Shown one piece after another: positions 1-9,142 of a DNA stretch of 32,000 nt. Under the pieces are notes generated by a model that ran no database searches, was not told the DNA's origin, and saw only the letters and a program-made list of their open reading frames with translations. How positions within the stretch are numbered: position 1 is the first letter of the stretch; each line of letters begins with the position of its first letter. Location: assembly GCA_046533775.1 (NCBI GenBank), contig JAWDOO010000004.1:15822-47821 (forward strand), in the 5' to 3' direction. Position numbers and translations under genes: made by a program. The stretch comes from Candidatus Nanopusillus sp. Lineage in GTDB: Archaea; Nanobdellota; Nanobdellia; Nanobdellales; Nanobdellaceae.

Positions 1-1
1 T

Positions 2-1270
2 TTTATAACAGAAAATTATGACCAAATTAAAGGATGGTTTTATTCTTTAGCAATGATAGGTGAATTATATTATAATGATATACCATATAAAAATGTGTAT
101 GTTGGTGGATATGTTTTAGATATATATGGAAGGAAAATGTCAAAATCTTTAGGAAATGTTGTTTCTCCATATGATATAATTAATAAATATGGAGCAGATA
201 CAATGAGATTATATTTAGGATCTATTGTAGAGGCATATGAAGATATAAAATTAAAATGGGAAGATATAAAAGTTAAATATCAAGTATTAAATACATTATT
301 AAACATTTCAACATATTTAGAAGAATATTCCAAATATTATAATATAAATCCTGCAAAAATAAATGTAGAAAATTTGAGATGGGAAGATAGATATATGTTA
401 CATTTCATAGAAAAAAGTAAAAAAGAAATATATAATGCATTAGATAACTATTTAATATGGAAGGCAGGAAGAATATTACAAGATATGATATTAGAATTAT
501 CAAGATTCTATATAAAAGCTACAAGAGAAAGAATAAAAAGAGAACCTGATAAAGTATTATTTGTAATATATAAATCATTATATAATATAATAAATGTTGG
601 ATCTATTATAATTCCATTTATATCAGAATATATTTATCAAAAATTAAGAAATTTATATGGATTAAATGAAGAATCAATAATTTTAGAAGACTTACCAAAA
701 GTTGAAGAACAATATATAGATGAAAAAATAGAGAAAGAATATGAATTATTTAATATAATTGTTGAAAATGCATTAAAATTAAGAAATATGTTAAATATAA
801 ATATAAGAAAACCATTAAAAACATTATATTTATATAAAGATGATGGGGGTATTTTATTTGAAATAATAAATAATAATGATATTGTAGAATTATTAAAAGA
901 TTATTTAAATGTAAAAGAAATAAAGATTGATAATTTAGAAAAGGATTATGTAACTGCACAAACTGATTATGGAATTATAAAAATAGGGTTTGATACAAAA
1001 TATTATCCAGAATTAGAGGAGGAATGGTTATATAGGGAAATAAGAAGGAGATTACAAGATATAAGAAAAGAAAACAAATTAAGAAAAGGTCAGAAGGCAA
1101 ATATAGAAATATACGCTGATGAAAAGCTATTAAATATAATAAGAAAATATAAAGATACCTTAGAAAAGGATACAGATACTGTAATAATAATAAAAGACTC
1201 AAATGAAGGTCTAAATAATGTAGAAAAAATATATGAAATGAACATATTTTATAGGCTAAATATTTTATAA
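2..1270 (+). CDS. ileS: Isoleucyl-tRNA synthetase, C-terminal portion (5' end outside the window)
   Basis: The frame is open from nt 2 ([16 protein letters not shown]...), so the ATG at 53 is internal. The class-I KMSKS loop is present ([12 protein letters not shown]). The DQxKGWFYS block before KMSKS is IleRS-type rather than ValRS or LeuRS. A long helical C-terminal region follows. Confidence 0.8.
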   Translation, partial: FITENYDQIKGWFYSLAMIGELYYNDIPYKNVYVGGYVLDIYGRKMSKSLGNVVSPYDIINKYGADTMRLYLGSIVEAYEDIKLKWEDIKVKYQVLNTLLNISTYLEEYSKYYNINPAKINVENLRWEDRYMLHFIEKSKKEIYNALDNYLIWKAGRILQDMILELSRFYIKATRERIKREPDKVLFVIYKSLYNIINVGSIIIPFISEYIYQKLRNLYGLNEESIILEDLPKVEEQYIDEKIEKEYELFNIIVENALKLRNMLNINIRKPLKTLYLYKDDGGILFEIINNNDIVELLKDYLNVKEIKIDNLEKDYVTAQTDYGIIKIGFDTKYYPELEEEWLYREIRRRLQDIRKENKLRKGQKANIEIYADEKLLNIIRKYKDTLEKDTDTVIIIKDSNEGLNNVEKIYEMNIFYRLNIL

Positions 1271-1294
1271 ATTTTTATTAAAAATTTATTAAAA

Positions 1295-1888
1295 ATGGTT
1301 AAATGGGAGATTTCCAATGCTGTTGTTACAATATATTTTAATGTAAAGTTACCATTAGATAAAATTGCAAATCTAATTCCTTATGCTCAATACGATCCAG
1401 AAACATTTCCTGGATTAATTATACCACTAAAAGAAGGTGGAAGTAAAGAAGAAAATGTTAAAGCATTAGTATTTAATAGTGGAACAATAAATATATCTGG
1501 AATAAAAAGATTAGAAGATATAGAATACGTTGTGGAAAAATTAAGAGAATTATTTAAACAGATTGATATAGAACTTCCAAAAGATTATAAAATAAAGGTA
1601 CAGAATATTGTTGTAAATGGAAAATTCGATTATGATAATATAGATATAGTAAGACTGGCAGATGAGATACCAGATTCCCAATACAATCCAGAAGCTTTTC
1701 CAGCTGTTACTGTTGTATTTGATGTATCAGAAAATTATAGAGTAAAATTTAATGTATTTAAAAATGGAAAATTCGTATGTCCTGGATTGAAAGGTGAATT
1801 TAATAGTTTTGATGCAATTAAACAACATGTAGATTATGTATTGAATTCATTCCAAGAAAAAGTAATAAAAAAATATGTAAAAAAATAG
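1295..1888 (+). CDS. tbp: TATA-box binding protein
   Basis: Two tandem TBP repeats are present (...YDPETFPGLIIPL...ALVFNSGTINISG... and ...YNPEAFPAVTVVF...FNVFKNGKFVCPG...). The length of 197 aa is typical. Confidence 0.9.
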   Translation: MVKWEISNAVVTIYFNVKLPLDKIANLIPYAQYDPETFPGLIIPLKEGGSKEENVKALVFNSGTINISGIKRLEDIEYVVEKLRELFKQIDIELPKDYKIKVQNIVVNGKFDYDNIDIVRLADEIPDSQYNPEAFPAVTVVFDVSENYRVKFNVFKNGKFVCPGLKGEFNSFDAIKQHVDYVLNSFQEKVIKKYVKK

Positions 1889-1918
1889 CTTATAAATATA
1901 TTTCATTATAATAGAACT

Positions 1919-2536
1919 ATGAAAGAATCATCTGGAACAACAATTGTTGCAATAAAATTTAAGGATGGAGTATTAATTGCATCTGATAGACAAACAACAG
2001 CAGGAATGATGGTATATCATAAGAAAACACAGAAATTACATCAAATTACTGATAACATATTAATGGGTGCTGCTGGTTTGGTTGGTGATATTCAAGCTTT
2101 AGTAAAGATATTACAAGCAAATCTAAAATTAAAGTATTTAAGATCGAAAAATGAACCAACTGCAGAAGAGGCTGCAAATTTTCTATCAACATTAATGAAC
2201 TATTATAAATGGTTTCCATTCTTTTCAGAAGTTATAATTGTTGGAAAAGACAATGATGATTACAATATATATTCAATAGATGAGGCTGGAGGATTAGAAA
2301 AGTTTGATAACTTTACATCCACAGGTTCTGGAATGGTATTTGCTTTGGGTGTATTAGAAACAGAATATAAAGAAAATATGAGTGAAGAAGAAGCAAAAGA
2401 ATTAGCAAAAAAAGCAATATTAGCTGCTATAAAAAGAGATTTGGGATCTGGATATGGTATTGAAATATGGACATTAACAAAAGAGGGATTTAAGAAAGAA
2501 CTTTATGAAGTAAAAGAGGAATTACAGAAAAAATAA
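1919..2536 (+). CDS. psmB: Proteasome beta subunit
   Basis: A short propeptide MKESSG is followed by the catalytic Thr (TTIVAIKFKDGVLIASDRQ). The pattern and length (205 aa) fit an Ntn-hydrolase beta subunit. Confidence 0.9.
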   Translation: MKESSGTTIVAIKFKDGVLIASDRQTTAGMMVYHKKTQKLHQITDNILMGAAGLVGDIQALVKILQANLKLKYLRSKNEPTAEEAANFLSTLMNYYKWFPFFSEVIIVGKDNDDYNIYSIDEAGGLEKFDNFTSTGSGMVFALGVLETEYKENMSEEEAKELAKKAILAAIKRDLGSGYGIEIWTLTKEGFKKELYEVKEELQKK

Positions 2537-2580
2537 TTTTTAAATTTTATAATTAATTATAAAAGGTATTTAAATTATTT

Positions 2581-4434
2581 ATGATGAATATTAAGGAAGA
2601 ATTATTAAAGGAATTTCAATCAAAGGATATAAATAAGATAATATTTGAAGGACCAAAGATAGTGATATATGTAAATAATATAGATCTATTTATAAGAGGG
2701 ATTGAAATAGGAAAAAATCTAGCACAGAAGTATAAAAAAAGAATTGAAATAAGAATAAATCCAAGATTATTGAAGGATGAAGAATACATTAAGGAAAAGG
2801 CAAAAGAAATATTAAATGGAATAAAAATAAAGGATATATATCTTGAAAGACATAGATCTATATTATATATTGAGACATATGAACCAGAAAAAATTGATTT
2901 AAATTTAATTAACAAATTGAGAGAAGAAACACTATGTAATATTATAATACAGAGGGCACCATTAAAATCTTCAAAAATAATAAATGTTATCAGGTCATAT
3001 TTACATAAAAATTCTTTATATAAATCTGAATTTTTAAATAGGATTGGAGAAAAAATATTGGAAAGAAAACCACAAAGATTAGATCATTATAGAATTGTTT
3101 TTTTAGGTGCCGGAAGGGAAGTTGGAAGATCTTCGTTTTTATTACAAACAAAGGAAAGCAATATTTTATTAGATTGTGGCCTAGGTGCAGGAAATTATTC
3201 AGAAGATAAATATCCAATATTAAATATCCCAGAATTCGATATACAAAATCTAGATGCTGTAATTATTTCACATGCCCATTTAGATCATGTTGGATTTGTC
3301 CCATATTTATTTAGAATTGGATGGAGGGGGCCTGTATATTTAACAGAACCAACAAGAGATATTGCAGCTCTAGTTTTGTTAGATTATTTAAAAGTAAGCA
3401 ATAAACAAAGTAAAAATCCAATATTTACAACAAAAGAAATTAAACTATTTTTAAAACATTCTATTACATTAAATTATTCTGAAGTAACTGATATAACTGG
3501 TGATATAAAAATATCATTCCACAATGCAAATCATATAATAGGATCTTCAATGGTTCATATAAATATTGAAGGAAAACATAATATATTATATACTGGAGAT
3601 TATAGATTTAATAAAATGCCTTTATTAGAAAGACCAAATACAATATATCAAAGATTGGAAACATTAATAATTGAAAGTACATATGGTGGATTTAATGACA
3701 AACATCCATCAAGGGAAGAAACTGAAGCATTATTCATTCATGATATAAAGGAAACAATTGAAAGGGGTGGAAAAGTATTAATACCAGTATTAGCAGTTGG
3801 AAGAGGACAGGATGTTTTATTAACATTACTAAATGCAATTGAAAATAAAATATTGCCAGAAGTAAATATATATTTAGAAGGAATTGTCTGGGAAACATCA
3901 ATGATTCATACAGCATATCCAGAATTTTTAAGTAAAGAAATTAGGGAAAAGATAGAATCTGGAAAAAACCCTTTTGAAAGAGAAAATGTAATAAGAGCAA
4001 GTAAAAAAGAAAGAGAACAAATTGTAACATCAAAAGAACCTTCAATAATAATTGCAACATCTGGTATGATGCAAGGTGGTCCTATATTAGATTATTTTAG
4101 TTATGCTGCAGAAGATGAAAAGAATTTATTAGCTTTTGTTTCATATCAAGCACAAGGTACTTTGGGTAGAACAATATTAGATGGACAAAGAGAAATTATA
4201 TTGAATGATAGAAAAATAAATATAAAAATGAAGATAAATAAATATGAGGGCTTTTCTGGTCATGCAGATCATTTTGAATCAATATCTTTTATCAAATATC
4301 TAAGACCAAAACCAAAACAGGTTATTACAGTACATGGTGAAATACCAAAACCATATGAACTAGCATCAAAAATATATAGAAAATTTGGGATATATTCTTA
4401 TGCGCCAAAGAATGGTGATATAATTAAATTATAA
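2581..4434 (+). CDS. aCPSF1/FttA-type beta-CASP ribonuclease (KH domains + metallo-beta-lactamase)
   Basis: An N-terminal KH-like region of ~170 aa precedes the metallo-beta-lactamase motif ISHAHLDHVG and a beta-CASP region. C-terminal GFSGHADH and TVHGE motifs are present. At 617 aa it matches the archaeal CPSF1 architecture. Confidence 0.9.
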   Translation: MMNIKEELLKEFQSKDINKIIFEGPKIVIYVNNIDLFIRGIEIGKNLAQKYKKRIEIRINPRLLKDEEYIKEKAKEILNGIKIKDIYLERHRSILYIETYEPEKIDLNLINKLREETLCNIIIQRAPLKSSKIINVIRSYLHKNSLYKSEFLNRIGEKILERKPQRLDHYRIVFLGAGREVGRSSFLLQTKESNILLDCGLGAGNYSEDKYPILNIPEFDIQNLDAVIISHAHLDHVGFVPYLFRIGWRGPVYLTEPTRDIAALVLLDYLKVSNKQSKNPIFTTKEIKLFLKHSITLNYSEVTDITGDIKISFHNANHIIGSSMVHINIEGKHNILYTGDYRFNKMPLLERPNTIYQRLETLIIESTYGGFNDKHPSREETEALFIHDIKETIERGGKVLIPVLAVGRGQDVLLTLLNAIENKILPEVNIYLEGIVWETSMIHTAYPEFLSKEIREKIESGKNPFERENVIRASKKEREQIVTSKEPSIIIATSGMMQGGPILDYFSYAAEDEKNLLAFVSYQAQGTLGRTILDGQREIILNDRKINIKMKINKYEGFSGHADHFESISFIKYLRPKPKQVITVHGEIPKPYELASKIYRKFGIYSYAPKNGDIIKL

Positions 4435-4456
4435 AAATTTTTTAAAAGAAAAATAA

Positions 4457-5071
4457 ATGATTAAAAAATATAGATATATTGCAATTGATGGGATAGATGG
4501 TTCTGGAAAAACAACAATTGCAAATTTACTATATAATGAATTATCTAAAAGGTATAATAAGATAATATTAATGAAAGAACCATATGATAATGATTTATCC
4601 AAAAAAATAAAAGAAATAATTTTAAAAGAACATGAAAAAAATTTCGATAATGGATATTTATTAGCACTATTATTTACTGCTGATAGAAGTATAAAAAATA
4701 TTGATTTAAAGAAATATTTAAATAACAATTATATTGTTATTTCTGATAGAAGTATTTACTCCACATTTTCTTATCAAATTTTATATGAAGGTATAAGTAT
4801 TGAATGGTTAAAATGCGTATCAAAATATATAATTAGACCCGACATTACTTTTATATTAGATGTTGATCCAAAAATTGCAGTAGAGAGAATAAATTCAAGG
4901 GGTAAAAATATTACAAGTTATGAAAATATTGAAGTTTTAAGAAAAGTAAGAGAAAATTTCTTAAAATTAAAGGAAATATTTCCCAATGATAATATAATTT
5001 ATATTGACGGAGAAGAAAAACCAGAAAAAATATTGGAAAAAATATTAAATATAATTGAAAACCATATTTAA
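4457..5071 (+). CDS. tmk: Thymidylate kinase
   Basis: The N-terminal P-loop IAIDGIDGSGKTT, the DR motif (VISDRSIYS) and a length of ~200 aa all fit. Confidence 0.85.
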   Translation: MIKKYRYIAIDGIDGSGKTTIANLLYNELSKRYNKIILMKEPYDNDLSKKIKEIILKEHEKNFDNGYLLALLFTADRSIKNIDLKKYLNNNYIVISDRSIYSTFSYQILYEGISIEWLKCVSKYIIRPDITFILDVDPKIAVERINSRGKNITSYENIEVLRKVRENFLKLKEIFPNDNIIYIDGEEKPEKILEKILNIIENHI

Positions 5072-5159
5072 ACATTCTTCTATATTTAACCACATCTAAA
5101 CTTTACCATAATCTCTAAATTAAAAACCTGAACACTTAAATTATTTTTAGTATTTGATA

Positions 5160-5654
5160 TTATGGATTCAATAATCCATAAAAATTAGTCATAGAACTGA
5201 AAAAATAGTAAAAGATAAAAGATAAAATTATAGAAAATACTGCATCTGATAACCAATGTTTTAAAGTAATAATTCTCAGTATTGGCGTTATCAATACTAA
5301 AATATTTCCAGTTATTATAAAAGATAAAATTGCAATAATAGTATGCCCGCTTGGGAAAGAATGATTCTCATAAACTAATATAGCAAATCTTTTGTCAAAG
5401 AAATAATATGGTCTCTTCCTATTAAATATTAATTTTAACAAATAAATTATTGTAGCAGATATAATAAAAAGGAAAATATAACTAAAATTGATGAAAAATA
5501 TTATATATGAAATGAAAAATAAATTTATTAAATATGAGATTGCATCAATTATATAAATAATAGCTAATCTATCCATTAATTTTTTATAAAAAAATTCAGA
5601 TATTTTATAATCAATCATAAACATTTTATTAAAGAATGTTTGATCATTTATCAT
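5160..5654 (-). CDS. PAP2-family membrane (lipid/polyprenyl-diphosphate) phosphatase
   Basis: The three PAP2 motifs occur in order (RKRPY, SFPSGH, KHWLSD) within a polytopic hydrophobic protein. Confidence 0.7.
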   Translation of the reverse strand: MINDQTFFNKMFMIDYKISEFFYKKLMDRLAIIYIIDAISYLINLFFISYIIFFINFSYIFLFIISATIIYLLKLIFNRKRPYYFFDKRFAILVYENHSFPSGHTIIAILSFIITGNILVLITPILRIITLKHWLSDAVFSIILSFIFYYFFSSMTNFYGLLNP

Positions 5655-5758
5655 AAAACTTCTATATGAATTGAAATTTTTTAATATTCTTTATTATGAT
5701 TATACTTCAATGAGAATTTGAACATAATGAAGGTTCATACTTTATAAGCATCATCTAT

Positions 5759-5860
5759 ATTTAAAATTTATAAATTTCAAAGTAGATATAATAAAACCTT
5801 TTCAAAATTTGGATTTTATGTGCTTTATATATACTACTTTGAAATTTATAAATTTTAAAT
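5759..5860. repeat. Perfect 27-bp inverted repeat (arms 5759-5785 and 5834-5860) with a 48-nt spacer
   Basis: The left arm atttaaaatttataaatttcaaagtag is the exact reverse complement of the right arm ctactttgaaatttataaattttaaat, which I verified base by base. Each arm contains GAAA-TTTATAAA, a BRE/TATA-like sequence. Confidence 0.9.
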
Positions 5861-6022
5861 TAGTTAAATATATAAGAGTTTTATTTTTAATTTATAAGAA
5901 TTTGCTTATATTAATGAGAAATATTTATATTAGTAGTTACCTATGAAAAAATAAATTCCAAAGATGAAACAACTATTCAGAGGTTATATTACACTTTTTA
6001 TATATTCAAAATAGGATGCTTG

Positions 6023-6066
6023 TTATACCAAATTTTTATAAAAATGGTATATTTATTATACCAAAT
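6023..6066. repeat. 11-nt direct repeat ttataccaaat (6023-6033, 6056-6066) with an imperfect inverted copy between them (6042-6051)
   Basis: Read directly from the sequence. The inverted middle copy aaatggtata matches with 2 mismatches. Confidence 0.7.
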
Positions 6067-6135
6067 ATTCAAGATTTTGTTATATATATAAAACAATATC
6101 GACGGATTTTGTTTCATAAATTATAAAAAATTATA

Positions 6136-6546
6136 TCACAGTTCCAAAACTTTTATATTGTATTTTTTAGCTATTTTTTTCAAATCTTCATCATAAGTAA
6201 TAAATGGACAATTTAATCTTTTAACAATAGATAATAAAATAAAATCATTTAAATTACTTTTGTTTAATTTTTTATTATTTTCTCTCATCATCTTTAAAGC
6301 TTCTTTAACATCTTTAATTTTTATATTTTCTATTTCAAATAATTCTAAGTTATTTATTACTCTATAAATAGTATCAATATCATCTACATATTCTATTAAA
6401 ATCCCTAAAAATTCATAAACAACTATTTCTGGCAATATAATATCATAACTAGTTAATATGTCTAGACTTTTTTGATGATCTTCATAATCTTCAAATGTTG
6501 CCCTAACTAAAACATTCGTATCAACGACTATTCTTTCTTTTTCCAT
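6136..6546 (-). CDS. vapC: PIN-domain toxin (VapC family)
   Basis: The four PIN acidic positions are in context (VVDTNVL, YEFLG, NDFILLS, TYDEDL). The protein is 136 aa and overlaps the upstream antitoxin gene by 19 nt. Confidence 0.85.
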   Translation of the reverse strand: MEKERIVVDTNVLVRATFEDYEDHQKSLDILTSYDIILPEIVVYEFLGILIEYVDDIDTIYRVINNLELFEIENIKIKDVKEALKMMRENNKKLNKSNLNDFILLSIVKRLNCPFITYDEDLKKIAKKYNIKVLEL

Positions 6547-6791
6547 CTTTTTATTTCTGGATATTCTTCTTCAATAATATCTTTATCATATTTTTCTATA
6601 GCTTTATTTATATCTTCTTGAGTTAATTTTTTACCTAATCTTAATTTTACCCATTCTATTGGTTTAATAATTATAGCATTATTTTTTTCATCTTCTTCTA
6701 CTATTAAATATTGACCCTCTCTTATATTTAACTTTTTCCTAATTTTTGCTGGTATAGTTATTTGATAATTTCTAGTAACTTTTACTTTCAT
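6528..6791 (-). CDS. vapB: AbrB/SpoVT-fold antitoxin (VapB family)
   Basis: The N-terminal swapped-hairpin signature is present (KVTRNYQITIPAKIRKKLNIREGQYLIV). The protein is small and sits immediately upstream of, and overlapping, the PIN gene. Confidence 0.8.
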   Translation of the reverse strand: MKVKVTRNYQITIPAKIRKKLNIREGQYLIVEEDEKNNAIIIKPIEWVKLRLGKKLTQEDINKAIEKYDKDIIEEEYPEIKRWKKKE

Positions 6792-6925
6792 ACTATATTA
6801 ATATATACCCTTACCTATAAATTTTATATTCATATAATATTCTTCCTATTTACCTATTTCAACTTAAATAATTGTAATGATTTGATTTTTAAAATATTAA
6901 AAATAAATAATTGGCAAATTAAAAA

Positions 6926-7327
6926 TTATATTCTAAATTGGCCTCCCTGACCTCCTGGATAATTTGGATATCCTGGATATTGCTGCGGTAACATTCTCTG
7001 TCTCATCATTTGTTGTCTACTATAATTCCTTGCTATTCGATTTAAATCCCTTTGTACTAAATATGGCATAATTATACCTACAAATAAAAATATTATAAAG
7101 TATATTAATATACTATCTTTTTTAGTAACATAAGCCCACCCTTCTGTATACTTATATAGCCAAAATATATTCAATATTGGTATAAATGCTAGTATAAACG
7201 ATGGTATATTTGCTCCCAATTCATTCAATTCATTTTTTGTCTCATACATCCAATATAAAAAGTATATCCCAAGTGTTACAAAACCAAATATATAAATAAG
7301 AAGTATATTTCTTTCTTGTGGAGGCAT
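6926..7327 (-). CDS. DUF4234-like small membrane protein with a Q/G/P/Y-rich tail
   Basis: The GIYFLYWMY...L...IP..N motif is typical of DUF4234 as I recall it. There are 3-4 TM segments and a low-complexity C-terminus (QQYPGYPNYPGGQGGQ). Confidence 0.6.
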   Translation of the reverse strand: MPPQERNILLIYIFGFVTLGIYFLYWMYETKNELNELGANIPSFILAFIPILNIFWLYKYTEGWAYVTKKDSILIYFIIFLFVGIIMPYLVQRDLNRIARNYSRQQMMRQRMLPQQYPGYPNYPGGQGGQFRI

Positions 7328-7363
7328 TTAATTTTATTTTTTACTTTATTTATAAATGTTTTG

Positions 7364-9142
7364 CTAATTGATCTTATATTTTTTTATATTTAAATAATCT
7401 TTAATAAAATTATACAACTCTTTACCAATCTTTTTCTCATTTTCCTTCATAACTTTAGACAGATCTTTTATTATTTCAATATTTTCTTCAATTATTTTTT
7501 CCTTTAAATTTATATCTGGTTTGATTTCTAATTTCTCTAAATTTTCTTCCATTTTTCTTGTAAAGTTTATATCTAAAATATCTGGATAATATTTCTCAAA
7601 TATTTCAACAATTTTTTTACCTAATTCAGTGATTTTTATTGATTTACCTTCTACATATCTTCTTTTAAATAATATTTCAACAATGTCTGCCCTTGTACTT
7701 TTTGTTCCTAGATTCAATTCTTCCATTTTTTTAACTAAGGAAGCTTTATTGTATCTTGCTGGTGGTTTTGTTTTTTTCTTTAATATATAAACTTTATCTA
7801 TAAACAACTTTTCTCCAACATTAAATTTTAAAGAAATAAAATTATCCTTATATTTTTCCCAATAAATATCCAACCATCCTTTATATTTTATATCATAATA
7901 ATCATAAACAAAATTTTCTTTTGTAATAACATTTATTTTATATACTATTGCTGGATCATAAAATGTAGCAATAAATCTTCTAACTACTAAATCGTAAATT
8001 AATTTTTCCTTATATTCTAAATATTCTGGAATATTTCCTGTAGGGTGTATTGCTGGATGTACATCATCTTTAGATCCATTGTTTGGTTTTAAAATTTGTT
8101 TTTCCAATAAAAGAACAATATACTTTTTATAAGAATTTATTAATGATAAATTTGATAATATTTCTTTAAAATTAATTGTTTCTGGTAATCTTTGAGAGGA
8201 TGTTCTTGGATAAGAAACATAACCCTTTTCATATAAAGATTGTAAAATATCTAAAGTTCTTTTTGGACTAATTTTATAATATTTATATGCATCCATCTGT
8301 ATATCTGTTAAATTATATGGATGTGGTGAATTTATTTTTTCCTCTTTTTTATCTACATTATTAACAATTAAGTATTTTTCTAAATTATTTTTTATTTTGT
8401 TTGCTTCATCTTTATCCTTTATTTTGTCTTTTATATATGAGAATTTTAATTTTTTATTATCTTTTATAACCAAAGCTTCAACTTTGTAATATTCTTCAGG
8501 TTTAAAATTTTCAATTTCTCTTTCTCTATTAAATACTAACATTAATGTTGGGCCTTGAACCCTTCCAATGCTTAAAACAAACTTTCTAGTATAATAAAAT
8601 AAAGACCTTGTTAATGCTCTAGATAGATTTATACCATATAACCAATCAATTATATGTCTTGTCTCTCCAGCATATATATATCCAAAATTTAAACTTTCTT
8701 TCCTATTATTAAAAGCTCTTACAATATCTTTATATGTTATTGCAGAAAATATCATTCTATTTGCATTTTCTTTATTTAATATATATCTTAAAATATTATA
8801 ACCTATTAATTCTCCTTCTATATCGTAATCTGTTGCAATTATTATATTATTTTCATTTCTAAATTTACTGAACATTTCAATATAATATTTCTTTGCAATA
8901 ATTCTATCCTCAAAATATGATGGAACCCATCTATAATTGAACGTAGGATAGTCATATTTTTTATCTAAATCTGATAATGTAAATAAATGACCGATTGACG
9001 GAACAACATATACATTTTTTCCCTCCAGATTGAAATAATAATAGTATATATATTTTGAAAATTTTATTGTTTTATATTTATTATTTGATAAAAACGATGA
9101 AATCTTTCTAGCTACAGAAGGTTTTTCTGCAATTATTAACAT
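7364..9142 (-). CDS. topA: DNA topoisomerase, type IA (TopA/Topo III-like)
   Basis: The Toprim N-terminus is MLIIAEKPSVARKI, the acidic cluster is IIATDYDIEGE, and the active-site Tyr motif is GYVSYPRTSSQ. No helicase domain and no Zn-finger tail are present. Confidence 0.85.
   Translation of the reverse strand: MLIIAEKPSVARKISSFLSNNKYKTIKFSKYIYYYYFNLEGKNVYVVPSIGHLFTLSDLDKKYDYPTFNYRWVPSYFEDRIIAKKYYIEMFSKFRNENNIIIATDYDIEGELIGYNILRYILNKENANRMIFSAITYKDIVRAFNNRKESLNFGYIYAGETRHIIDWLYGINLSRALTRSLFYYTRKFVLSIGRVQGPTLMLVFNREREIENFKPEEYYKVEALVIKDNKKLKFSYIKDKIKDKDEANKIKNNLEKYLIVNNVDKKEEKINSPHPYNLTDIQMDAYKYYKISPKRTLDILQSLYEKGYVSYPRTSSQRLPETINFKEILSNLSLINSYKKYIVLLLEKQILKPNNGSKDDVHPAIHPTGNIPEYLEYKEKLIYDLVVRRFIATFYDPAIVYKINVITKENFVYDYYDIKYKGWLDIYWEKYKDNFISLKFNVGEKLFIDKVYILKKKTKPPARYNKASLVKKMEELNLGTKSTRADIVEILFKRRYVEGKSIKITELGKKIVEIFEKYYPDILDINFTRKMEENLEKLEIKPDINLKEKIIEENIEIIKDLSKVMKENEKKIGKELYNFIKDYLNIKKYKIN

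Noticed and set aside
2581-2587. ATGATGA at the start of the aCPSF1 gene, considered as a C box.
   Set aside because: It is the Met-Met start of the ORF, and no CUGA lies at guide distance downstream.
5818-6117. Small ORFs inside the 481-bp gap: plus strand 5818-5946 (42 aa) and minus strand 5998-6117 (39 aa, MKQNPSILFYIYNKILNIWYNKY...).
   Set aside because: They are short, with an A+T-codon-driven hydrophobic composition. The internal repeat in the 39-aa ORF just mirrors the TATACCAAAT DNA repeats. Nothing supports translation.
6762-6950. A 62-aa plus-strand ORF spanning the vapB upstream spacer, and the similar 107-aa ORF at 21124-21447.
   Set aside because: Both run antisense into neighbouring real genes and across promoter spacers. 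Their composition is hydrophobic and low-complexity, and no motifs are present.
7364-9142. The idea that the 592-aa topoisomerase is the topoisomerase half of a split reverse gyrase, as in Nanoarchaeum equitans.
   Set aside because: The N-terminal Toprim sequence (IIAEKPSVARKI) is TopA/Topo III-like rather than the VESP.KA type I associate with reverse gyrase. Toprim and the catalytic Tyr lie in one ORF, and no helicase fragment is adjacent. This cannot be fully excluded without a phylogeny.
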